A stretch of 59,139 nucleotides of DNA, from IMG/VR virus record IMGVR_UViG_3300043580_000025, one strand, 5' to 3'. The position numbers and the translations under genes were made by a program. Under the pieces are notes generated by a model that was not told the DNA's origin, ran no database searches, and saw only the letters and a list, made by a program, of their open reading frames with translations. The stretch is from a virus. This document shows, one piece after another, positions 33,875 through 42,404 of the stretch (its first letter is position 1; each line of letters begins with the position of its first letter).

Positions 33875-34502
33875 CAATCAGCGCAGCAGGGTCTACGCCT
33901 GGGAGAAGTTCGTCACAAAAACGACGCACTGGACCGGTACCTTCAAGACCCTGGAAGAGTGCCAAAACTACCTAACCCCGATCTGGCGCACGGAGCGCGG
34001 GCGCTATGGGCGCGCTAGGGTTGCCCCACCGCCCATCGAACGGCCCGCCTGGGGCCAGCGTAGCGCCATTGCCCACCATTCCCACCGCATTACCCTGCCG
34101 ACCTGGGCGCGCAATCCGTGGGTCATCCTCCACGAGGCCGCGCACCGGCTGACACCGCGCGATGAAGCGCATGGCCCACGCTTTGTGGGCGTCCTGATGG
34201 GCCTTGCCTGCCGCCACCTGGGATACAACGCCGACGAGCTTATGGCTGCGGCCGATGACATGGGCGTAAATTATCATGTGCGCTCAATAGGCAGCGTGCC
34301 GGTGCTTGCGCCGCGCGGTCCATCGTGGCACGTCGAGCGCGCTGTGCGCGACGAAGGACCGATGACGGAAATGGATATCGCGTGCTGGTGCAATCTAACC
34401 TATTTGCAAGTGCGCGGAGCTGCGCTACATTTGATCAAAACGGGCCGCGCGAGATGGCTGCGTAAGAAATTAGTGCTGCTATCAAACGAAGGTACAACAT
34501 GA
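33858..34502 (+). CDS. HExxH metallohydrolase-like protein (SprT/TIGR04338-like)
   Basis: RVYAWE near N-terminus and ILHEAAH motif; start ATG 33858 rather than track start 33756. Confidence 0.6.
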   Translation: MRRPRDNQRSRVYAWEKFVTKTTHWTGTFKTLEECQNYLTPIWRTERGRYGRARVAPPPIERPAWGQRSAIAHHSHRITLPTWARNPWVILHEAAHRLTPRDEAHGPRFVGVLMGLACRHLGYNADELMAAADDMGVNYHVRSIGSVPVLAPRGPSWHVERAVRDEGPMTEMDIACWCNLTYLQVRGAALHLIKTGRARWLRKKLVLLSNEGTT

Positions 34503-35176
34503 GTCCAGTGGTCATCGGGAACGCAACGCTCTACCTGGGCGATTGCGCTGAGATACTTTTATCCTTGCCAAAGGTCGACGCGGTCATCACCGATCCGCCT
34601 TATGGCATCGGCGCATCGTCCAAGAAGTTTATCAACGGCACCTCGAAATGGAGCAAGGACTACTACGAGGACGTTTGCTGGGACACTGCGCCGCCCGATA
34701 ACATGTTGATCAAACTGGTCGTCGCAATGGGCGAGGTCGCGATCCTCTGGGGCGGCAACTACTTCGACCTCCCGCCTTCGCGCTGCTACCTCGTCTGGGA
34801 TAAAATGATCCGCGACTTCAGCTACGCCGACTGCGAGTTCGCCTGGACGAATCAAGACGCCAACGCTCGCATCAAATCGCTGAGCACCGCCGCTGCAACT
34901 GGCGACGGCCGCGTCCATCCAACGCAAAAACCACTCGAGCTTATGCACTGGTGCATCGCGCAATGCAAAAACAACCCGCAGACCGTGCTCGACCCATTCA
35001 TGGGGTCAGGGACCACCGGCGTTGCTGCTGTACAATTGGGCCGCAGCTTTATTGGGATTGAGCGCCTGCCAAAGTACTTCGACATCGCTTGCGAGCGAAT
35101 CGCGCTGGCCTACGCGCAGCGTCCCCTCTTTGAGCCCGAACCATTTAAACCACCCGTGCAACTGAGGATCGAATGA
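34499..35176 (+). CDS. DNA methyltransferase 1 (beta-class, DPPY; probably m6A)
   Basis: VDAVITDPPYGIG (motif IV), HPTQKP, DPFMGSGTTG (motif I) in beta-class order. Confidence 0.88.
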   Translation: MSPVVIGNATLYLGDCAEILLSLPKVDAVITDPPYGIGASSKKFINGTSKWSKDYYEDVCWDTAPPDNMLIKLVVAMGEVAILWGGNYFDLPPSRCYLVWDKMIRDFSYADCEFAWTNQDANARIKSLSTAAATGDGRVHPTQKPLELMHWCIAQCKNNPQTVLDPFMGSGTTGVAAVQLGRSFIGIERLPKYFDIACERIALAYAQRPLFEPEPFKPPVQLRIE

Positions 35177-35922
35177 ATAGCCCCGTCATCGTCGGAGACG
35201 CAACGCTCTACCTGGGCGATTGCCGCGAGATACTTCCATCGCTGCCAAAGGTCGACGCCGTCATCACCGACCCACCCTACTCGGAGCAGTGCCACACCGG
35301 GCACGACGCTGGCTCGCGCGCTGGCAACGACGGCGCTGTGCGCTCGACACTTGGCTACTCGGCGCTGACCCAGGCCGACGTGCTTGCGCTGGCCGACGCC
35401 TACGTCGCTGCGTCGGTGTCCTGGGTCGTCTGGATGACCGATAGCAACCTCGCCATGCAAGTGCGCGCAGCGTTGGAGCAACGGGGGCTTTGTACATTCT
35501 CGCCGCTGCCGTTCTACCAACCTGGACGCAGCATTCGCCTATCGGGCGACGGGCCGTCAAGCTGGACGGACTGGATCGTCGTCGCACGCACAAAGGCCGC
35601 GCACAAATGGGGCACGCTGCCTGGAGGCTACATCGCTGGGCCTGGATGGAATGATAAGGCACTCATGGGCGGCAAACCAACCGCGCTCATGGACGCACTG
35701 GTCATGGACTACACGCGCCTGGGCGCGACGGTGCTCGACTCGCACATGGGCGCTGGGACGACCGGCATCTCTTGCATGAGGACCGGCCGCAAGTTCATCG
35801 GCTGCGAGATAGACCCTGCGACCTTCGACATCGCCTGCCACCGCATCGAGCAAGCGTACAACCAACGGCCGCTCTTCATGCCCGAGCCGCTGAAGCCGCA
35901 AGAGCAACTCGGACTGATCTAA
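35173..35922 (+). CDS. DNA methyltransferase 2 (beta-class, DPPY, divergent middle)
   Basis: VDAVITDPPYSEQ, GGKPTALM, DSHMGAGTTG. Confidence 0.8.
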   Translation: MNSPVIVGDATLYLGDCREILPSLPKVDAVITDPPYSEQCHTGHDAGSRAGNDGAVRSTLGYSALTQADVLALADAYVAASVSWVVWMTDSNLAMQVRAALEQRGLCTFSPLPFYQPGRSIRLSGDGPSSWTDWIVVARTKAAHKWGTLPGGYIAGPGWNDKALMGGKPTALMDALVMDYTRLGATVLDSHMGAGTTGISCMRTGRKFIGCEIDPATFDIACHRIEQAYNQRPLFMPEPLKPQEQLGLI

Positions 35923-36612
35923 ATGCACAAAGTCATCATCGAGAACGCGACGCTCTACCTGGGCGATTGCCGCGACATCCTGCCGACGCTGGGCAAAGTC
36001 GATGCCGTCATCACCGACCCACCTTATGGCATCAACTACGGGAAGCTGATGAAGGGAAAAGGCGACGGGAACGGCGGCTTAGATCGCAATCGATGGAAGG
36101 ACTACGCTGCGTTCGACTGGGACACTGATCGCCCAAGCCGCGAGGTCTTTGACTTGCTGCGCGACGTCAGCAAGCAGCAGATAATTTGGGGCGGCAACTA
36201 CTTCGCTGATCTTCTCCCGCCATCCATGCAGTGGTTGGTGTGGGATAAGTGCCAAACGTTTTCGCTCGCTGACTTTGAGCTTGCCTGGACGTCGCAGCAG
36301 AAAGCCGCACGCCTCTTCCGGCTATCTCGCCCAGAAGCCCTGCAAGATGGTCGCCAGCACCCGACGCAGAAGCCGATTGCGTTGATGAAATGGTGCATTG
36401 CAATTGTCAGCGACGCACTCGAGATCGTTGATCCATTCATGGGATCAGGGACCACCGGCGTTGCTGCAGTCGAAATGCGCAAAGGCTTCATCGGCATCGA
36501 GCGCGAGCCTGCGTACTTCGATATCGCGTGCAAGCGCATCGCGCACGCCTACAACCAGCCGCCACTCTTTGACGAACCAATGAATCCGCAAGAGCAGATC
36601 GGGCTAATTTAA
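35923..36612 (+). CDS. DNA methyltransferase 3 (beta-class, DPPY)
   Basis: VDAVITDPPYGINYG, HPTQKP, DPFMGSGTTG. Confidence 0.88.
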   Translation: MHKVIIENATLYLGDCRDILPTLGKVDAVITDPPYGINYGKLMKGKGDGNGGLDRNRWKDYAAFDWDTDRPSREVFDLLRDVSKQQIIWGGNYFADLLPPSMQWLVWDKCQTFSLADFELAWTSQQKAARLFRLSRPEALQDGRQHPTQKPIALMKWCIAIVSDALEIVDPFMGSGTTGVAAVEMRKGFIGIEREPAYFDIACKRIAHAYNQPPLFDEPMNPQEQIGLI

Positions 36613-36617
36613 TTGTG

Positions 36618-36626
36618 TGCTACAAT
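36618..36626 (+). promoter_or_regulatory. extended -10 promoter
   Basis: TGcTACAAT; 36 nt to ATG 36663, CAGAAAGG in the leader. Confidence 0.5.
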
Positions 36627-36662
36627 CTGGGCTGGATTTAACGCAAACAGAAAGGCACCAAC

Positions 36663-36902
36663 ATGGCAAAGATTAAGCTCAAGACCTTCAAAGGCATCGT
36701 GGCCGCGCGCCAGAACGCGCTGTACACAATGGCAAACGGCGACAAGGTCTACGCAATGGGCGGCGAGATGGCCGAAGTCGGCGCAGAGATCAAGTACGTC
36801 GCAAGCCCCTCCAGCCGCACGGTACAAATGGGCGGCAGGTCGAACGCCTGGGCCGAGAGCCGCGACGACTACAGCAAAATGTTTTTCAGGCAATACGAAT
36901 GA
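36663..36902 (+). CDS. hypothetical protein (79 aa)
   Basis: ATG after CAGAAAGG box. Confidence 0.65.
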   Translation: MAKIKLKTFKGIVAARQNALYTMANGDKVYAMGGEMAEVGAEIKYVASPSSRTVQMGGRSNAWAESRDDYSKMFFRQYE

Positions 36903-37099
36903 GATTCGTCACCTGCAGCCGCGCGCTGTACCGGGTCACCGAGCGCAACTACCGCCGCCTCATGCTCGCCATCGCGCGCAATGAGGAGGTCGACATCAAT
37001 AAGTTTGGCATCCGCCTGGGCGTCATCGACGCGGATATCACCAAACTCGATCCCTATAGCGGACAACTCGCGCTAGGCACGCCGCCGCGCAAACGCTAA
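36899..37099 (+). CDS. hypothetical protein (66 aa)
   Basis: ATGA overlap with upstream ORF; last gene of the island. Confidence 0.55.
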   Translation: MRFVTCSRALYRVTERNYRRLMLAIARNEEVDINKFGIRLGVIDADITKLDPYSGQLALGTPPRKR

Positions 37100-37302
37100 C
37101 GGCACAGCAGCCGCCTGCGATAGTCCTTCTCGCTTTCGCCAGCGCGCTGCGGTGGCTTCGCATCGGTCCCATTCAGGTGGTCCGGCAGCTGCAGCTTCGA
37201 ACGCTTCGTGCGCACCGGCACCTGCGGCACCGCCTCTTCGAGCTTCTTCAACATCTCGCTGAAGTCGGCCGCGTCTTCAATTGCCCGATTCATCATTTGC
37301 AT
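37096..37302 (-). CDS. hypothetical protein (68 aa)
   Basis: GGAGAG SD; convergent 4-nt overlap with the island end. Confidence 0.55.
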   Translation of the reverse strand: MQMMNRAIEDAADFSEMLKKLEEAVPQVPVRTKRSKLQLPDHLNGTDAKPPQRAGESEKDYRRRLLCR

Positions 37303-37311
37303 CTTGCTCTC

Positions 37312-37452
37312 CTATATGCTGCGCGATACCAAGAGCGACGCCATCCAGCACGCAAGGCCCGCCGCCATGAGATTCAGACGACCCGCTGTAACACCGACAG
37401 CCGCCAAGATAAACAGCACCAACGCTGCGATTAAAAATGCCATACCAATCAT
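37312..37452 (-). CDS. small two-helix membrane protein (46 aa; below ORF-track cutoff)
   Basis: Translated manually: MIGMAFLIAALVLFILAAVGVTAGRLNLMAAGLACWMASLLVSRSI; AAGGTG upstream. Confidence 0.5.
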   Translation of the reverse strand: MIGMAFLIAALVLFILAAVGVTAGRLNLMAAGLACWMASLLVSRSI

Positions 37453-37462
37453 GATTCACCTT

Positions 37463-38581
37463 TCACAATCCCGCCCTCTTGAAAGCGTCGGCGTTGCGCT
37501 TGCGCAGCACGTCGAGGTTGATATCCTCGCCGCTTGCGTTGCGCATATCCTCCAGCGATAGGTTGCCCTCAGAGAACAACTTAGCGCGCGTGTCGCCTAG
37601 CACCTGCCGCTGCCTCGCTGGCGTCTGGTCAGCGAGCCATTCTTCGTAGGTCGTCTTCGCGGGCACTTGCCCGTCCATCGCTGAGCGCGTGCCTGGATCA
37701 AAGTCCTCCCACTCGCCAACGTCACCCGTCGCACCAAGTTCCTTCCACGACTTAGTGAGCTGCACGTACGTCGACCTGCATTGCCAATGCAGCCGCCCAG
37801 GTCCAGCCCCCCACGGAAATTCATGGTCGATAGGTTTGTGATCGAGCGTGTACGTCTTGCCGTCACGCATCTGACATTGGGGCGTCGTCCGATTGTCCAG
37901 CGTCGACAACCATTGCAACCCCTTCAGGATATCCTCATTGGCTTCGGTCACCATATCCTTCGCAAAGTGCGCCGTGTGCGATAGCGCCGTGCGCACAACC
38001 GCCGCCGCTTCCCGCCGCGTGATCTCCAGCGCGCCGTCGCGATACTTGTTCTCGCGCGTCCCGCGCAGGTCGCGCACGATCTGATCGGTCGTCCTATTTT
38101 GCACGTAGCCATCGGCAATCGTGCGCCGGATTAACCGCGCCTTGCTTGCCTCTTGGTCCTTGAGGAACTCGGACAGCAACGCACCTTGGAATGGCCGCGA
38201 CATCGCACCGGCGTAGGCTTGCGTCACGCTGACGCGCGCGATGTCGAAGGATGGCGGCATATTGCGCGCGAGCATCCCCTCTTGGAATTGAAGCTCCAGC
38301 GCCGTCAAGCCCCTGATCTCTTCGCGCAACGTGCTATCGACCTCGGCGTACATGGTGTGGTTTAGATCGCGCACGCTCTCTAGCATAACCTCGAGCCGCT
38401 TGATCGTAAAACGCTCCGGGTCCATCGTCTCGAGCTTTGTGATTAGCTCAGTGAATAGCGCCGCGTCCGCGCGATTCAAGATCGTTATTATGCGACGCAC
38501 CACGTTGTTGGAATAGGCGCGCAGATTCACGGCGTGATCGATCTGCGCATCTCGCAACGCGACGTTGACGGATTCGGCCAC
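37463..38581 (-). CDS. head morphogenesis protein (Mu F / SPP1 gp7-like)
   Basis: NRTTPQCQMRDGKTY motif, position after portal; GTG start. Confidence 0.8.
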   Translation of the reverse strand: MAESVNVALRDAQIDHAVNLRAYSNNVVRRIITILNRADAALFTELITKLETMDPERFTIKRLEVMLESVRDLNHTMYAEVDSTLREEIRGLTALELQFQEGMLARNMPPSFDIARVSVTQAYAGAMSRPFQGALLSEFLKDQEASKARLIRRTIADGYVQNRTTDQIVRDLRGTRENKYRDGALEITRREAAAVVRTALSHTAHFAKDMVTEANEDILKGLQWLSTLDNRTTPQCQMRDGKTYTLDHKPIDHEFPWGAGPGRLHWQCRSTYVQLTKSWKELGATGDVGEWEDFDPGTRSAMDGQVPAKTTYEEWLADQTPARQRQVLGDTRAKLFSEGNLSLEDMRNASGEDINLDVLRKRNADAFKRAGL

Positions 38582-38584
38582 GAC

Positions 38585-40249
38585 CTACCTTGCCCGCGCC
38601 TTGGCACGCCTTTCCGGGGGCGCTGGGGGCACGACCTTGATCGGGGGCGTTGGGGGCTTTGCAGCCCCATTCCCGCCCGCCCCTGCGCCTGCCGCCGCCG
38701 CTGCGGCCGTAGCCGCCAGCCCAGGCGGCGTGACGCCGGGAAGCCCAGGCGCAGGCACGCCCATCATGCCGAGCGGTTCCTCTTCCTCGACGTCCTTGTC
38801 GATATCTTCGTTGCTGCGCTCAGTAGCAATAAGCCCAAGCCGCCGATAAAAATCGCGCACGTCATTCTTCGCCAGCAAGCCGCTCTGCCACGACTTAATG
38901 AGTTCAGCCATGAGTTGCGGATTCGCCTGTAGCTGGACGAAGTCCTGCTGTATCTTAAACGCGTCGGCATAATCCGCCTCTGCTGGCATGTCCATGAAGG
39001 CCGCACAGAAGCCTATGGCACGTTGATAGGCTTCGCTCACGTTCGATACGCATAGCGATAGGACGGAAGTCGTTGCCTCGCGATCATTATTTTCACCAGT
39101 CGCAGTCTTGTTTGCCTTGGTCCCTTCAATCATGCGCGCACCGACTGCGATCATCTGCGCCTCTTTGTGCACCATCGCATCAGCCGCTAGCGTGTTGGGC
39201 TGCGCTTGCTCCATCCCAAACGCCGCGCCTTGCGGCAATAGGATCGGGCTGCGCGAGCCGATGTACATCTTCTGCCCGGTGTACCTGCGCTCGCCGTTGT
39301 TATCGAGCACGTACGGATTCTGCATGAAGTCACGCCATTGCTCCGTGAGGCCACTGATCCACGGCTGCACTTGCCCGCAGAAGAAAACGCTGTCCTCATA
39401 GTCGGCGCTGTTGCGGAAGTGCGCGAGGTTCAATTGCGCGAGCCCGTATAGCGGGGCTGGATCGATGTTCGCATCGTTGTTATTCGAACCGATGAACGTG
39501 AATGGGATGTCCGTGAGCACCTTGCCTTTGCTGCGCAGCTCCACGGCGTCGATGATATCCTCTTCCCCCGTTGCCACATTCTTGACCGTGCCCAGCGCAA
39601 CGAGCCGCTTCGTCTTTGTGACGCCAGTGTCCTCACGCCACAGCCGCACCTGCACGTTGCCCGCCTCATTGCGCGTGATCTCGCGCCATTGCTTCACGAT
39701 AACGATGCCCCACTCGCCATCCTCTTCCTCGGCTTCCTCTTCGAGGACGATCATGCACAGCGACGCTTTGCCATCGACGATGTCATACCGCCAATTGATG
39801 ATCGACTCAGCGTGGTACGCCTTGATGACCGGATGCCCCAGCGCCTCGGACCAATCGACAAACAAACCATGCCGACCGACTGCGAGGTTATTGTTTAGCG
39901 TCGCCTGCGACTGCTGATAAAGGCTAACGCCCAGGCCATCACAATCTTTGAGCAAGTACTCGAGCTGCGTGGGCAACTCGGTCACTGGATCGCGATGGAA
40001 GGCCAGCCCGACCAAGCCCTCGAGTGTGAATTGGGTCGCCGGGTACCACACCGCACGCGAGCGATAGGCTTTGTTGCGCGCTACGTTCTCGACGCTCGCA
40101 TCGGTCGAGTTAAGCATGGGCAAGTAGGCGTCACCGCGCAGCGCGTTGTCGCCGGACACGACATCGCGCACGACGGCCCACCGCTCTTTGATCGTCAGAG
40201 GGACGCGGTTGAACGAGACATCCGCGACGAGTCCAGTTGGTGCGCTCAT
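38585..40249 (-). CDS. portal protein
   Basis: 554 aa directly after terL; N-terminal region typical of a portal family (DUF4055-like); Ala/Gly/Pro-rich tail. Confidence 0.8.
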   Translation of the reverse strand: MSAPTGLVADVSFNRVPLTIKERWAVVRDVVSGDNALRGDAYLPMLNSTDASVENVARNKAYRSRAVWYPATQFTLEGLVGLAFHRDPVTELPTQLEYLLKDCDGLGVSLYQQSQATLNNNLAVGRHGLFVDWSEALGHPVIKAYHAESIINWRYDIVDGKASLCMIVLEEEAEEEDGEWGIVIVKQWREITRNEAGNVQVRLWREDTGVTKTKRLVALGTVKNVATGEEDIIDAVELRSKGKVLTDIPFTFIGSNNNDANIDPAPLYGLAQLNLAHFRNSADYEDSVFFCGQVQPWISGLTEQWRDFMQNPYVLDNNGERRYTGQKMYIGSRSPILLPQGAAFGMEQAQPNTLAADAMVHKEAQMIAVGARMIEGTKANKTATGENNDREATTSVLSLCVSNVSEAYQRAIGFCAAFMDMPAEADYADAFKIQQDFVQLQANPQLMAELIKSWQSGLLAKNDVRDFYRRLGLIATERSNEDIDKDVEEEEPLGMMGVPAPGLPGVTPPGLAATAAAAAAGAGAGGNGAAKPPTPPIKVVPPAPPERRAKARAR

Positions 40250-40458
40250 GGTTGTTTCTTCCCGCTAAGCCAGCGAGTCAGCGCGCCACGCAAGCCGCCG
40301 ATCATCTCTTGCTGCTCCGAGTCGCTTGCGAGCGTGGTTGCAATGCGGGATACCAGCACCGCCCGCCATTCGGGTCGCCCTTGCCACGCACCATCGGTTA
40401 CGTTGTCGATGAACTCTCGGCACTCCGTCAAGAGCGCTCGTTGATCTGCGGATAGCAT
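40246..40458 (-). CDS. hypothetical protein (70 aa)
   Basis: AAGGAGA 5 nt before ATG 40458; track start 40494 is a TTG inside terL. Confidence 0.6.
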   Translation of the reverse strand: MLSADQRALLTECREFIDNVTDGAWQGRPEWRAVLVSRIATTLASDSEQQEMIGGLRGALTRWLSGKKQP

Positions 40459-40471
40459 AGCTTTCTCCTTT

Positions 40472-41944
40472 TCAACCGTTGGTGCTGAATCCAATGCTGA
40501 TCGTCATGGCGTCGCTCGCCGTCTTCAGCAAGCGATAGCCCGCCTCGTCTGCGACGTGGTCCTCTGCGTCGGTGTCGATGTCATCCGGGTCACGCTCCAA
40601 GCGCGGCAACACTGGGATCGTGCGAATGAACTGCGGACAAGTGTTGAAGACGAACAGGCCAGCGTCTTCCATGCGAGGCTTGAGGGACGCGGCCATACGC
40701 CCACGCATCAACGCCCACCGCCGCTTGCGCGAGCCTGGAGTCTTGTCGGCCTTCGTCCAGTAGACGCCTAACGCTGCTTGCTGCTTCGCTGGGCTATCGC
40801 CGTTGATCTCGTCAAAGATACTCGAGTCCGCAGGCCCAGGCGTACACCGCATGTGCATCGCCCATTCCTTCTGCCGTTCGATGATGCCTTGCGCAATGGT
40901 GCGGTCAGTCAGGCGCAGCCCTTGATTCGGTTTCCCATTCCAGCCATACCACTCGTTGATGCGGAAGAGCGTGCCGCGCGGGAATGACCAACGCTTGCCC
41001 GTTGCGAGATAGCACTCAGTGCCATCGCTCTCGGCCCACCAGCCAATCGAGAAAGGCTTGCTGCTGCCCCAGTCGAACGACCTATCGACCGCCCATGATG
41101 GCGGGATGGCAAATGGCTCAATGACGTGGATGTCACGCCGCCACACGTCGTCGAACATACCGCCAGCGACGATATCCCAATCGCCCTCAAGCATGGCGCG
41201 CACCAGCGCCGGGTTGCCCAGGCCCGCAAGCCGCGCACGATAGGTTGGATCAGACTTCAGCAGCGCAGGATTGTCTGCGAGCTTTGCTGGGATGAACGCA
41301 CGCTTCAGCCCGCCGTCCTCTTCCGGCATTTGGCGAACTTCAAACGGCGCAGCGTAGTCGATGAACGTGGCCTTGACCCAATTATGCCCAATACCGCCAG
41401 GATTGCCGGAGACGAGCACGCGCGGGAAGAGGCCAGCATATTCGGCAGGCACGACAAGACCCACCATGCGGACACGTCCGCGCAGGTACGTATACATTGG
41501 CTCGGTCCAGTGCGTGATCTCATCGATAAGCAGCACATGAATCTCAGCGCCTTGATAGTTATAAACGTCATGCTCGTACTGGCAGTGACAAAGGTGAATA
41601 ACGGAGCCGTTATAGAAGCGTATCTGCCCCAACGAATGATTGATCTTGCACCATCGGCACATGATCCAAACGGCCAGCATCAAAGGGAAGGACGTCGGTC
41701 CCTCCATGTGATTCTTATTGAGGTCAGGGAACGTGCGCCGGAAAATATAGACCTGCAAGCCTGGGATTGCAATGCACCAAGCGATAGCAGCAACGCGCAT
41801 CAAATAGCTCTTGCCACCACCGGCCGCGCCGCCATACAAAAGCTCCGTCGCCTTCGACAAGAAGGCGAGGCCTTGCTTGAATTGCAACCGAAGAATCGTT
41901 CCCAGGTCAGGTGTCGGATTCTGGCTCACCGGCCTTGCCCTCAA
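40472..41944 (-). CDS. terL: terminase large subunit
   Basis: Walker A GGAAGGGKSY, size and position; non-ATG start (TTG 41944 or GTG 41929). Confidence 0.88.
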   Translation of the reverse strand: MRARPVSQNPTPDLGTILRLQFKQGLAFLSKATELLYGGAAGGGKSYLMRVAAIAWCIAIPGLQVYIFRRTFPDLNKNHMEGPTSFPLMLAVWIMCRWCKINHSLGQIRFYNGSVIHLCHCQYEHDVYNYQGAEIHVLLIDEITHWTEPMYTYLRGRVRMVGLVVPAEYAGLFPRVLVSGNPGGIGHNWVKATFIDYAAPFEVRQMPEEDGGLKRAFIPAKLADNPALLKSDPTYRARLAGLGNPALVRAMLEGDWDIVAGGMFDDVWRRDIHVIEPFAIPPSWAVDRSFDWGSSKPFSIGWWAESDGTECYLATGKRWSFPRGTLFRINEWYGWNGKPNQGLRLTDRTIAQGIIERQKEWAMHMRCTPGPADSSIFDEINGDSPAKQQAALGVYWTKADKTPGSRKRRWALMRGRMAASLKPRMEDAGLFVFNTCPQFIRTIPVLPRLERDPDDIDTDAEDHVADEAGYRLLKTASDAMTISIGFSTNG

Positions 41945-42332
41945 TGGTCACGCGCAACACCGGGGGCGCTAGGGGCTGACCACCGGGGCCTGTGACCTCC
42001 GTTCGCGTCAGCTTGGGGGCAACGTACTCGGCCAGCCTGCCAATCAGGTCCACGGCCCGCGCAGGGTCGGCCGCGATGGGGAAGCGCACGGTCTCGCGCT
42101 GGCCTTCTTGGTTGGTTTGGTATTCGCCTGGGACGCCGTTGGCCACGCGCTCCAACCATAGGCGCACGTTGTCCGCGTTCTCGTCGATCAGGTCTTGGAC
42201 GATGGTCTTGAACTCGCGCGTCACTTTGTTTTGCACACCCTTCTTGCGACCCGAGTTCTCGGGCTTATGACCTCGGAAGTTCCACCCTTGCGAGCGATCT
42301 TCGTCTTCTGGTCGATCTGGTTCATTGCTCAT
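41907..42332 (-). CDS. terS: terminase small subunit
   Basis: GRKKGVQNKVT motif; ATG 42332; the track's upstream extension crosses the terminator palindrome. Confidence 0.7.
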   Translation of the reverse strand: MSNEPDRPEDEDRSQGWNFRGHKPENSGRKKGVQNKVTREFKTIVQDLIDENADNVRLWLERVANGVPGEYQTNQEGQRETVRFPIAADPARAVDLIGRLAEYVAPKLTRTEVTGPGGQPLAPPVLRVTIEGKAGEPESDT

Positions 42333-42377
42333 AATTCGCTGAGAAACGCTGAGAGAGCGTAAGTCAAAGATCGGAGA

Positions 42378-42404
42378 AGTATAGGACGAATCGCGAAGTG
42401 TCAA
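42378..42404 (-). promoter_or_regulatory. candidate promoter for the terS operon
   Basis: Minus strand TTGACA-N15-TATACT, about 45 nt before terS ATG; short spacer lowers confidence. Confidence 0.35.

Noticed and set aside
28932-36663. Regularly recurring repeats of about 30-60 bp, which could be mistaken for a CRISPR-like array
   Set aside because: Spacing is irregular (0.2-0.6 kb). Each repeat contains a -10 box and an RBS box and is followed by an ORF with a start at fixed distance. There is no repeat-spacer periodicity and no cas genes.
37277-37459. 60-aa GTG-initiated ORF on the minus strand
   Set aside because: Its Gly/Cys/Ser-rich translation has no features. The overlapping frame encodes a clean two-helix membrane peptide with an ATG and an AAGGTG site.
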